Made by a program: the position numbers and the translations under genes. Shown here piece by piece: positions 8,254 to 17,504 of a stretch of DNA of 64,000 nucleotides. Every line of letters begins with the position of its first letter. Positions within the stretch are counted from its first letter, which is position 1. Origin of the DNA: a virus; the IMG/VR virus record IMGVR_UViG_3300045988_136773; one strand, 5' to 3'. The notes beneath the pieces were generated by a model that saw only the letters and a list, made by a program, of their open reading frames with translations, was not told the DNA's origin and made no database searches.

Positions 8254-11200
8254 ATGCCTACAAATAATAATGACATAATTTCTGAGATTAATGGCAGCGA
8301 TCAGTCAAATTCCAAGAACTTCAGCAATTTTGAAGTTAAAGAATTATATATACTTGAATCTATTGACAAAACTGTAAAAGATATTTTGAAATCAAGTGGG
8401 CAATCTTCACAGTCCAATGCATTCAATACCTTATCTGGTAGTAGATCATTTCGAGATAAATCAAAATCAAATATATCAGCCGGAAAGGGATTTTCTCGTG
8501 GTGCTACAAATGATTTTGCAGATGCTTTTAAGAAATCAATCTTTGAAGCACTTATCGGTTCTGATTTTAAGGAGCAAATTCAAAGTGTATTTTCAGATTT
8601 AGCAGACGGGTTAGGCGTAGAAATAGGTGATATTCCAAAAACTCTTGGTGCAGAACTTGGAAAAACTGTGATGTCTGCATTTAAGGGTTCCGCGATTGGA
8701 AAAGAATTAACTGGTAAATTAGATGACGCGAAATCTAAATTTGTTAGTAATTTAAGATCTACTATACTTGGCACTAGCCAGCAATCTGCAAATGCTAAAA
8801 ATGAGAAGTCTAAAGGTTCTCAATCTCAGCAAGCTGACGGAGATTCTATATTTAGAAAATCTACTAAAAGCAATGTAGTATCTGACATACAGAATATTGT
8901 AATTCATGCACAAAGTGTTACAGTACAACAGTCTGATATTTCTAATCTTGCATCCGGTATATCAGAGGAACCCGCTGAACAGATTAAAAACATCATTTCA
9001 AGCAATCTTGGGGGAGATGCACTAGCTAAGTTCAAAGAAGCGGATTTGGGTACGATAAAAGATTTCATATCAAAGGGCGATAAATCCAGTATTGCAAACA
9101 TGTTTACTAGTGCATTTGGTGAATCTGGAGAAGTGTCATCCACTATTCAGGCTCTAACAGGTATGATGAGTACCAGCGGTGCTGAACTAGTCGGATCTTC
9201 CGAATTGGCAATAGGTGCAATAGGAGGATTAACCGGTGCTGCTGTAGTAGCAGGTGCTGCGATGGTTGCAGTGACAGCTGCTATGTGGGCATTGTCCCCT
9301 GCAATCGAAGCTACTACAAAACTAATAAAGAAAGCATCAGAAACCGCAGATAGATATGCTACATCTAGACAAAATCAAATTAAAACTGAAACAGATCGGT
9401 TAAAAGCAGACGTAGAAACAATGGTTAAAGCCCCATTTGACATTCTAAAGCAGGCTGCTGAAGAAATGTATAATGTGTGGGACACTAATCTCAGAAAAAT
9501 AAATGGTACACAAGGATATAGTAAAGATGACTTACAAGATTTGATTGCGTCATTTGCAGATAGACTGCGTTCTGAGGGTTTAACAAAAGTTGTCAGTGCA
9601 AGCTCTATTACAGATAATCTTGCAAAGGTGTTGGATTCTGGACTAAGTGGTAAAGTTGCAGAAGAATTTGCGTATATTGCAACAAAGCTTAATGCCGCAA
9701 TTCCGACACAAGATTTCTTTTCATATGCAAGTACTTATTCTTCTATTGCCGCAAATGCAATCCGACAAGGCAAGTCACAATCTGACGCTATCGACGAGGC
9801 CAATCGACAGTTAGAAGGATTTGCAAATAATATTTTATATGCAAGTCGCGAAGTTGCAGGTGGTTTTACAACTGGTTTAAAGGACGCAGAGAATCTATTC
9901 ACAGAGTCTGTACAGATTGCACAAGCGTCTAAAACTGGAAATGCTACTCAGATTTCCGCAGTGATGACTGCTGTTTCTGCTATTACAGGAGCAATTGCAC
10001 CAGATTTAGCACAGTCTATGACTGACGCTATTTACAAGGCGGCGACTGGTGGTAATAGCTCAGAGATTGTGGCACTACGTTCACTAGCAGGAATCAATGC
10101 GTCAAATACTGAATTTCTGAAGCAACTAGCGCAAGATCCACAGAAGGTGTTTGCAAATCTGTTTTCTGAATTAGGAAAACGTCAGAATATGTCAGAAGAC
10201 GCTTATATGGAAGTTGCAGAAGGACTCTCTAGTATTTTCGGCGTGTCTTCTGATGCTTTTGCAAGAGTGGATTTTTCCTACTTAGCTCAGGCTATATCAT
10301 CTATGGATACAAATAGCACTGCACTGCTGGATAATATGGATCTTCTTGCATCTGGTCAAACTACCACAAATGCAGAACAGTTAAAAATGCAGCAGATCAA
10401 TGAGTACATGCTCGATGAAGGATTGTCATATGTACTTGATAACGCCGCCGCTAGATCTATTCAAGAACATATGTGGGATGAACAAATTGCAAATGATTTG
10501 ATGGATGCTACATATGGTGTAGAGTTGCAAGGGTCTGCACTTGAATTTCTGGAAGGAATTCGTCATACTGTAGAAAACATTATGATACTTGTAAATCCTG
10601 CTGCTATGTTTGGAAAGATTAAAGCAGGAATTACAAATTTGATTGGATCCGCAGTTGAAAGTTCCGCACAAAGGGCAGATGTAAAGCAACTCCTTGAACT
10701 TGGAAAAGTTGGAACCGGAAATGCTACAGCAGCTTATCAGCTGACAACAACTGGTCAAAACCTAAATGTAACAGACGACATTATCAGTCTTATGGGTGGC
10801 ATTTCAGCATATTCGACAACATCAAAAATACGGCAAAGTCTTGTAAATACTTACACGCCATGGAATTCTTTTTACGATGCAACATCATCCAGAGGATTTA
10901 CAAATCGGATGAATCAGGCATACGCTACATTATCGTCCATTGGATCTATATTTAATTCTAGTCTATCTTCTAACTATTATTGGGGGACTGTAGGCAAAAG
11001 TAGTTCTGGTATATCTTCTGCCATTACAGGATCTGATGTTTTAGGTGTATCTGCATTAAAATCACGGGAATCTCAATCTAGTAATCCAACACGAGTAACA
11101 AATAATGCAGTGCAGAAGTTTCTAGGTACAATGAGTTCTTACTTGGAAGAGAATTCTGGAAAGGATGTTTCTTATGAAGACTGGGCGAAAACTGCAACCA

Positions 11201-11820
11201 GATTTGGAATATCGAATTTATCTGATGCACTAACCGATGTAGGTCTTACAAATGAGGCAGTTCAGGGGCAATTTGAGGCATTTCAAGCAGAGGAAGGTAT
11301 CAGAATTAAACAGGAACGAGAGCAACGTGAGGATCAATTTTGGGTAGATAATATCACACAGCTATCTACTAGTAACTCATGGATGGAAACTATTTATAAG
11401 AAGCAGTCTGATTTTTATGATGATTTTATACTGTTTCATGAAGATTTTCTTGCATATGGCGGCAAGGCAGGGCGATTTGAAGCATATCAAAAAGCTTTTA
11501 ATGCTTATTGTACAAGCTGGACAGAGTATTACGTTAAACACACTGCATACAGAAATGCAGTGGGATATGATAGTTCTAGTTGGGATAAGGTTAGATCTGC
11601 TGAAAATTCAAAATCAAGAGATGCTGTATATGCTCTAGCTGCTGCGTTAACAAAAAATAGTGTAGATCTGTTAGATCCTGCTGTTCAGACAAACGTATTG
11701 CTTGCAGAAATTTTGCAGATTGTAAATGCTATACTACAGACTGAATTTTCAAACTCTGACAGTTCCGCACTACCAAATAGCCTATCTGCTTTAGCATTGG
11801 GCATAAATAACCTAAAATGA
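8254..11820 (+). CDS. tape measure protein
   Basis: 1188 aa, downstream of the chaperone pair. Ala/Gly/Ser-rich with a hydrophobic segment 'AIGAIGGLTGAAVVAGAAMVAVTAAMWAL'. Confidence 0.85.
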   Translation: MPTNNNDIISEINGSDQSNSKNFSNFEVKELYILESIDKTVKDILKSSGQSSQSNAFNTLSGSRSFRDKSKSNISAGKGFSRGATNDFADAFKKSIFEALIGSDFKEQIQSVFSDLADGLGVEIGDIPKTLGAELGKTVMSAFKGSAIGKELTGKLDDAKSKFVSNLRSTILGTSQQSANAKNEKSKGSQSQQADGDSIFRKSTKSNVVSDIQNIVIHAQSVTVQQSDISNLASGISEEPAEQIKNIISSNLGGDALAKFKEADLGTIKDFISKGDKSSIANMFTSAFGESGEVSSTIQALTGMMSTSGAELVGSSELAIGAIGGLTGAAVVAGAAMVAVTAAMWALSPAIEATTKLIKKASETADRYATSRQNQIKTETDRLKADVETMVKAPFDILKQAAEEMYNVWDTNLRKINGTQGYSKDDLQDLIASFADRLRSEGLTKVVSASSITDNLAKVLDSGLSGKVAEEFAYIATKLNAAIPTQDFFSYASTYSSIAANAIRQGKSQSDAIDEANRQLEGFANNILYASREVAGGFTTGLKDAENLFTESVQIAQASKTGNATQISAVMTAVSAITGAIAPDLAQSMTDAIYKAATGGNSSEIVALRSLAGINASNTEFLKQLAQDPQKVFANLFSELGKRQNMSEDAYMEVAEGLSSIFGVSSDAFARVDFSYLAQAISSMDTNSTALLDNMDLLASGQTTTNAEQLKMQQINEYMLDEGLSYVLDNAAARSIQEHMWDEQIANDLMDATYGVELQGSALEFLEGIRHTVENIMILVNPAAMFGKIKAGITNLIGSAVESSAQRADVKQLLELGKVGTGNATAAYQLTTTGQNLNVTDDIISLMGGISAYSTTSKIRQSLVNTYTPWNSFYDATSSRGFTNRMNQAYATLSSIGSIFNSSLSSNYYWGTVGKSSSGISSAITGSDVLGVSALKSRESQSSNPTRVTNNAVQKFLGTMSSYLEENSGKDVSYEDWAKTATRFGISNLSDALTDVGLTNEAVQGQFEAFQAEEGIRIKQEREQREDQFWVDNITQLSTSNSWMETIYKKQSDFYDDFILFHEDFLAYGGKAGRFEAYQKAFNAYCTSWTEYYVKHTAYRNAVGYDSSSWDKVRSAENSKSRDAVYALAAALTKNSVDLLDPAVQTNVLLAEILQIVNAILQTEFSNSDSSALPNSLSALALGINNLK

Positions 11821-11866
11821 CGTAAAGTGACCTTATATATGGGTATATTATCTAGGAGGGATATCT

Positions 11867-14710
11867 TTGGATTTTATCAAATTTCCAGTTGCTACAACAA
11901 ATATTTTCCCATGTGCAAATACTACAAATGGTGGTCAACTTGTAACAGAATTTAACTTACGCTCCAGAGAATCTGTTGCTACAGATTCTAATGTGTCCTA
12001 TATGATTGGTCCGTCATATGTTCATGGTGAGTCTGATTTTGCCGTAAGCTTGATGAATGCGTCATCCCAGTACTTTGCAGATGAAACACCTACATCATCT
12101 ACAATTTTAAAAATTAATGAAGGTTCTGCTGTAGTCAACGGTCATTTTATTCAGTCGCTTGTACCAATTACAATAGATTTGGTTTCTGCAAATGAAGAAG
12201 CCAGAGTAAATGGTGACGCAGAGTTGACAGGGCATCTTAGCGTAGGTCTACGTGTGATGTATAGCACTGAAGCTACTATGAGCGGATCAATTCTTACCGA
12301 ATCTAAAGACACACAATATGCTGATTTGTACGAAGGTGTACAGATTGTTATTTTACCAACTACTGCATTTAAAACTCCAAGCGAAGTTCCGGATGCTCAG
12401 GAACAGGTGACTGCACATCTCTTGCTTGCAACATTCGACTATTTTAATGGCATAGTCACAAATATTCAGCAAAATTATCCGAGGAAATGTGCAGTCATGG
12501 ATGCAAGTCGGATCTCAAATGTAGATGCTATGCTGACCGACGACTATTTGAGAAAATCCGGCTTAAACTACAAAAAGCTTTATGTATTTGCTGGGAAAGG
12601 AAAAAATCCTGACACCGGAAAAGATACATGGTGCGACGCTACAGATACTATGATGGTGTGGGATAAAACTCCAACACCTATGACAGATAGTGAGTTTGTG
12701 AATAATGCAGTTAATCAAGGACTAGCTATAAAATCCGGAACTTCATCTGATGCTGTAAAAAATTTAATGAATCGGTACCCAGAAGCACTATTTGATACGC
12801 TTTCCACAGATGAAGTTGCAATGGTTGTACCTCATAAAGAAATTGACTATCCTATTCATACATCTAGCGGTGAAGCACAATTGTATCCGCTGAAAGTGTA
12901 TAAGCTTCCAGTAGCGGATTTTGTAGCAAACACACCTGGTACTGTAGATCGAGCATACACAGAACATGTGAAATCTATCACACAGAAAATCAATGACTTA
13001 TATCATTTAACATCTGGAAAGCAACGATGCTACGTCGATGTTTTGAATGATAGAGCAGATTTGCCAGCTTTAAATCAGAAATGGAATGTTGGTGATTACA
13101 TTCTTGTTGGCGAGGATAACACAATTGATATATCTAATACCGAGTATACACAACCTCCATCCTCTATGTATGTAGTAATACCTGGTATTGTATCAGCTGT
13201 AAAATATATAGGTAGTACTAAAAATTTAACTACAGCGTCAGATGAAGTTGCAGTTGGCGGAGGTCAGGTACCTCCGATGGGGGTTTTAATTCAAAGTTTA
13301 ACACAGTCAGATCCCCCAAATATAACAGATGCATCTGTATATAATGCATATTTCCATTTTGACGAAAATGAATATCGTGGTGCATACGGAGTTGATTATT
13401 TTGCGATTGATACACCTGTAATAGACGAATCAACCGGTGTCCAAAAAATTGATAAGGAATCAGGATTATCCCTGTTTGATAGATACTACTATGTTGTTGA
13501 CACTTCAGGTAAAAAATCTTATACAGATCCACCGATTTGGCTTACAGATGAAATTCCATTGGCTCAGACAGATCGAATTGGTGGATTTTTAAACGTACCA
13601 GACACTGCTACAGATGCAGGTTATGTCATTCGTGATGATGAAGGTCATCTTCGCATCCTAGATTATTCTTTACTTAGATCTGGAACACTAGCATATCAAC
13701 TAGGAGAGGATTTTGAAACATCATCCGGTTTGTCCATTTCAGAAATTCAAGCACAGTTAGACGAATATGTAAATTACAGAGTTGCGTTTCCGGATGCCAC
13801 ACAAATGCACCGCATTCAAAATGACGGTATACCGAACGAAATCAATGTAATTATTCATCTGTCTGCTGCCACAGATGAGGAGATTGCATCTAAGAGTACA
13901 ACATTAACTATTCGGGCAATTGATTCAAGGTTTAACACTCATGTAAATTTACAGATTTTGGGATCAGCAGATTCTAATGTTACTATAAATATTGAGGACT
14001 GTGAGAGAATCAGAATTGATACCATTTCCGGTACACCACATGTGAATCTATATCGTTCATGCTTATATTATGACTATACAATACTGGATAGACTTGCACA
14101 GGATACTATCGAGGATATGCGTTTATGGTATGTTATGCGTAAATCTACTGATCCTAGATTGACTGTTGACTATATGACTGTTCGTGAGTACGATACTCCA
14201 ACCATTTCGTCTGGAACAGATTTTTACGATACAAGCACCCCAAATGATAATCATTTTCTGTATGGTTTACAAAGCCTTACATTTAGTAGTGACGGTACAA
14301 TTGTTGGATGCTCTATGCTTGTTCGTAATGATTCTACATCAAACGTGCAAGAGGGGAAATTCATCATTGGTAACTCTTATGTTATTCCACAGGGTGGTGC
14401 ATTGATGTACCCTCAAAAACTATTAAGAAAGCAATTAAAAGTAACTGGACAATTTATATCTGCTTATCATATTGCGTCACCAGATAAATGGGTGGTACAA
14501 AATACAAGCTTCACTGCATTAAGCCAAAAGTATGAGGTTTCTACGGATGGTACTGCAAAAACCATTTCCGGTACAATTACATTCCTTGTAGATGCATTTT
14601 ATGTAGATAATGCACAAGTTCTGTCCGGAACTGGAACAGACGCATCTGATTCTATCGACGGATGGGAACCGTCAAAGTTTCATATATTCTCAGGTGGTGC
14701 TTTATCATGA
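11867..14710 (+). CDS. large virion structural protein (distal tail/baseplate-associated, function unknown)
   Basis: 947 aa, TTG start after AGGAGGG, immediately after the tape-measure gene. An ACCTTATATA motif lies at 11830. Confidence 0.55.
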   Translation: MDFIKFPVATTNIFPCANTTNGGQLVTEFNLRSRESVATDSNVSYMIGPSYVHGESDFAVSLMNASSQYFADETPTSSTILKINEGSAVVNGHFIQSLVPITIDLVSANEEARVNGDAELTGHLSVGLRVMYSTEATMSGSILTESKDTQYADLYEGVQIVILPTTAFKTPSEVPDAQEQVTAHLLLATFDYFNGIVTNIQQNYPRKCAVMDASRISNVDAMLTDDYLRKSGLNYKKLYVFAGKGKNPDTGKDTWCDATDTMMVWDKTPTPMTDSEFVNNAVNQGLAIKSGTSSDAVKNLMNRYPEALFDTLSTDEVAMVVPHKEIDYPIHTSSGEAQLYPLKVYKLPVADFVANTPGTVDRAYTEHVKSITQKINDLYHLTSGKQRCYVDVLNDRADLPALNQKWNVGDYILVGEDNTIDISNTEYTQPPSSMYVVIPGIVSAVKYIGSTKNLTTASDEVAVGGGQVPPMGVLIQSLTQSDPPNITDASVYNAYFHFDENEYRGAYGVDYFAIDTPVIDESTGVQKIDKESGLSLFDRYYYVVDTSGKKSYTDPPIWLTDEIPLAQTDRIGGFLNVPDTATDAGYVIRDDEGHLRILDYSLLRSGTLAYQLGEDFETSSGLSISEIQAQLDEYVNYRVAFPDATQMHRIQNDGIPNEINVIIHLSAATDEEIASKSTTLTIRAIDSRFNTHVNLQILGSADSNVTINIEDCERIRIDTISGTPHVNLYRSCLYYDYTILDRLAQDTIEDMRLWYVMRKSTDPRLTVDYMTVREYDTPTISSGTDFYDTSTPNDNHFLYGLQSLTFSSDGTIVGCSMLVRNDSTSNVQEGKFIIGNSYVIPQGGALMYPQKLLRKQLKVTGQFISAYHIASPDKWVVQNTSFTALSQKYEVSTDGTAKTISGTITFLVDAFYVDNAQVLSGTGTDASDSIDGWEPSKFHIFSGGALS

Positions 14711-15261
14711 TATATATTCATAATATCATAAAAATAAAATATGTAAATGAGGGATATCTTCCAAATTATCCATATCATATGATCAGCGATCATGAAATGT
14801 GCACAGCGTTCTTAAACACTAGTTCAAACAGCTTTTTTACGGATAATTACCCATGCGTTTCAGAATCTATTAAAACTGAATATACGTCTTTAGTTACAGC
14901 CATACAATATCACATTGATAAATATCTTGAATCCGCACATACCCAATCTCAGTATGAAATTCCAGACTGGGTATACAGTTACATGTTGGGTACTGTGATA
15001 TCTGTAAATAGTGATCCGTTGGATATTCATGATTTACTAGTGCTATTAGGGTGCGATAATATATCAGATACTTTTTCTGACGTTGCATCAACTTTATGCT
15101 ACAAGGAGAGTAATCAGTGGCTTAGAAAACGACCTACGTTTAATGGTGACTCCCGATACATTACATATCATGGAAAACGTATTGATTTGAGACCTCCGAC
15201 GATGTTTGGAGAACCACATGTTATAAAAAGTGCTAGATTAAGAACATCAAATTTGACGTAA
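14707..15261 (+). CDS. hypothetical protein
   Basis: The ATG overlaps the upstream stop (ATGA at 14707-14710). Confidence 0.5.
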   Translation: MIYIHNIIKIKYVNEGYLPNYPYHMISDHEMCTAFLNTSSNSFFTDNYPCVSESIKTEYTSLVTAIQYHIDKYLESAHTQSQYEIPDWVYSYMLGTVISVNSDPLDIHDLLVLLGCDNISDTFSDVASTLCYKESNQWLRKRPTFNGDSRYITYHGKRIDLRPPTMFGEPHVIKSARLRTSNLT

Positions 15262-15265
15262 GCAG

Positions 15266-16312
15266 GTGATGCGTTTGCAGTATTTACCAATAAATCTTCC
15301 GACAGGGAATTCAGTTGGAACATCATTAGTAGAATTAGCAAATCTTATTAGTTCAAGAGACATTGATAGCGTTCTAAATCTGAATAATATAACAAGATCG
15401 CATGATATCGGTAAGTCACTTCTTGATTTTTATAAAACTCTGAATATTGATTCCTGCGATAATGTCACATACCAAGAAAAAGGATCAATTTTGAATACAC
15501 TAACTAGTGATTCTGATGTGTTTGAAACAGCTGCATTACTCAATGAAACTGAATGGAAATTTTTGAAATTGACTGGAAGTTTTTATGGTATGCTGAAAAT
15601 TCCAGAAACTGTAAGACTGTCGAGCGTTGTGGGTGTACTAGGAAACAAGGATCATGTGAAAAAAGATATCTACAACAAGTCTTTTATGATGCTGAATGAC
15701 GAGAAAACATATGACCATAAAATCGATCCATCTATATTCAATAGTTATGATGGTAAGCGTGGTTCTCAGATTCTAACATCGACACCTACAAATAATCCAA
15801 TGCAGTGGTTTAAGCTCCCTTGGGGCAAAATATCTTTGTATTCTTCACTGTCAGGTAAGTCTATGGATTTTCCTGTATATCCAGATGGTTTGAAAGATGG
15901 TGTACAGGCCAACTATGAAACTATGTCTGATATTTTATACCAATATGAACCATGGCAGGTGTACCATAGTTCAGGTCCGAGGTCTAACACATTTTCATTT
16001 AAGATGCACCGTGATATGTGGAGCGGAAATCATCTTGATGGAAAATGTAATGAGCTGATCCGGTTCTGCGAGGCAAATTGCTATCCAGATTATAAGGGTG
16101 CATCCGTTCAAACTTCAACAGTTACTTTATACCTTGTAGGAAAGCCATACATTACCGGAGTTATGACTTCTGTAGATGTTTCATGGGACAGTGACAGTCC
16201 AATCGGACAGGATGGGTTTTATCTAGTATGTCAACTAGACTTAACTATCACAGAGGTAGCGTCAGAACCATTGAGCTATAATACAGTTATGAATAAGGGG
16301 TTGATCTCATGA
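15266..16312 (+). CDS. hypothetical tail/baseplate protein
   Basis: 348-aa ORF in the tail operon. Its stop overlaps the next start. Confidence 0.5.
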   Translation: MMRLQYLPINLPTGNSVGTSLVELANLISSRDIDSVLNLNNITRSHDIGKSLLDFYKTLNIDSCDNVTYQEKGSILNTLTSDSDVFETAALLNETEWKFLKLTGSFYGMLKIPETVRLSSVVGVLGNKDHVKKDIYNKSFMMLNDEKTYDHKIDPSIFNSYDGKRGSQILTSTPTNNPMQWFKLPWGKISLYSSLSGKSMDFPVYPDGLKDGVQANYETMSDILYQYEPWQVYHSSGPRSNTFSFKMHRDMWSGNHLDGKCNELIRFCEANCYPDYKGASVQTSTVTLYLVGKPYITGVMTSVDVSWDSDSPIGQDGFYLVCQLDLTITEVASEPLSYNTVMNKGLIS

Positions 16313-16764
16313 GTTCATTATGCTCAAAAAAGTATATCAAACCAATATATTATGATACACTAACACCTTATCAGGAAATAGATTACCATGGTATTCAGTA
16401 TACGGTTTGTCGAGATTTTGATAATATCAGCAGATATCGTGGTCTGCGTCAAATAGTACATGATCCAAATGAATCGACTCGATACATTACATTAGAAACA
16501 CAAAATACGGTGACATCTAATGCAAAATTTGAATATTATGATGTGCCACTATCTGAAGAAAATAGGCTAGATCTTATTTCAAATAGATTTTTCGGTTCAC
16601 CTCAATACAGCTGGGTAATTTCTTATTTTAATGATATTGAAGATGGGTATACTGTTCATGAAGGTCAAAGATTACGCATATTGAAGAATATTACAGCACT
16701 GTTCAATAACGGAGAATTGCTTGCACCAATTTCAGCAATGCAGATGAATCTTGGCACAGAATAA
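16309..16764 (+). CDS. LysM-like tail protein (XkdP / P2 gpX-like)
   Basis: 'LDLISNRFFGSPQYSWVISYFNDIEDGYTVHEGQRLRI' resembles a LysM fold. Its position after the tape-measure gene matches PBSX XkdP. Confidence 0.45.
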   Translation: MSSLCSKKYIKPIYYDTLTPYQEIDYHGIQYTVCRDFDNISRYRGLRQIVHDPNESTRYITLETQNTVTSNAKFEYYDVPLSEENRLDLISNRFFGSPQYSWVISYFNDIEDGYTVHEGQRLRILKNITALFNNGELLAPISAMQMNLGTE

Positions 16765-16800
16765 CCAGATTTACAAGTTCATATTTGTACATCTTGCACA

Positions 16801-16829
16801 TTGACTTTTTGGATAGACAACGATAGAAT
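16801..16829 (+). promoter_or_regulatory. sigma-A/sigma-70-type promoter of the toxin moron
   Basis: TTGACT (16801-16806), 17-bp spacer, TAGAAT (16824-16829). It sits in a 100-nt intergenic gap, followed by GGAGGTG and ATG 16866. Confidence 0.6.
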
Positions 16830-16865
16830 AAGAATAGAAACTGTAGAACTTTTGGAGGTGATTGT

Positions 16866-17048
16866 ATGAAACGTTATGTAAAACGACAACCATACGAACC
16901 TAATAATCTTGACAAAATATTAACGGCAGAGTCAGTTGATGTAAATTCTGAAACTTATGATATTGAATCTGATTCGCTCGACACATATTACTCGTTTACA
17001 TCATTGGAAGAGTATAGAAAATTTTTGAAACAAGTAGGGGCTGATTAA
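16866..17048 (+). CDS. small acidic protein in the antitoxin position upstream of the YafQ-like toxin
   Basis: 60 aa with a strong RBS. Its stop TAA is immediately followed by the toxin TTG start. It is acidic and has no recognisable RHH/HTH. The N-terminus is MKRYVK. Confidence 0.55.
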   Translation: MKRYVKRQPYEPNNLDKILTAESVDVNSETYDIESDSLDTYYSFTSLEEYRKFLKQVGAD

Positions 17049-17396
17049 TTGTCACGTATACTACAATTAAGCAATCGATATATTCGTGGGAGAAAACGTT
17101 GTAAGAAACGTGGTTGTAATATGAAATTGCTTGATGATATAGAAACTATTTTGTCAACTAGATCATTTACAGATGGGGAAATTGTAAAATATAAGGTTCA
17201 TAATCTATCTGGATCATTGAAAGGGTTTCAAGAATTACATCTAGGAAATCGATGCAGCGATTGGGTTGTAATATATCAAATATCAGGAAATCACGTTAAA
17301 TTTGAAGATACAATTGTAACTATGTATGATACTGGTACACATAAAGACTGCTTTGGTGCTTATGAACCAGACAACATGGAAATCATTTGGGTGTGA
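17049..17396 (+). CDS. YafQ/RelE-family endoribonuclease toxin
   Basis: 'YKVHNLSGSLKGFQELHLGNRCSDWVVIYQ...TGTHKDCFG' matches the YafQ signature (YK-x-H-x-L-x-G-x-x-KG...H...DW-x-x-IY...TGTH...FG), including the catalytic His/Asp/His/Phe positions. The N-terminus 'SNRYIRGRKRCKKRGCNMKLL' aligns to YafQ helix 1 as I recall it. Confidence 0.75.
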   Translation: MSRILQLSNRYIRGRKRCKKRGCNMKLLDDIETILSTRSFTDGEIVKYKVHNLSGSLKGFQELHLGNRCSDWVVIYQISGNHVKFEDTIVTMYDTGTHKDCFGAYEPDNMEIIWV

Positions 17397-17462
17397 GTAA
17401 GATACAACATTGTGAGGTGTTTGCATCAAAACTAATCATGCATTGACTTCATAACCTTAAAT

Positions 17463-17504
17463 AATAGCGATAGCTCTTTATAAGAGCTATCGCTATTTTT
17501 TTTG
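17463..17504 (+). terminator. rho-independent terminator closing the toxin moron
   Basis: Perfect 16-bp stem AATAGCGATAGCTCTT / AAGAGCTATCGCTATT with a 3-nt loop, followed by a T run. Confidence 0.85.

Noticed and set aside
8396-8602. Embedded + strand ORFs in alternative frames of large genes (8396..8602, 11417..11638, 14184..14405, 22150..22356, 24834..25058, 26194..26403, 26999..27238, 29680..29862, 44439..44630, 45773..45955, 59650..59850).
   Set aside because: They have no RBS, no conservation signal and odd composition. They are most likely chance ORFs in an AT-rich genome. Only the 7803..8192 overlap has a synteny-based rationale.
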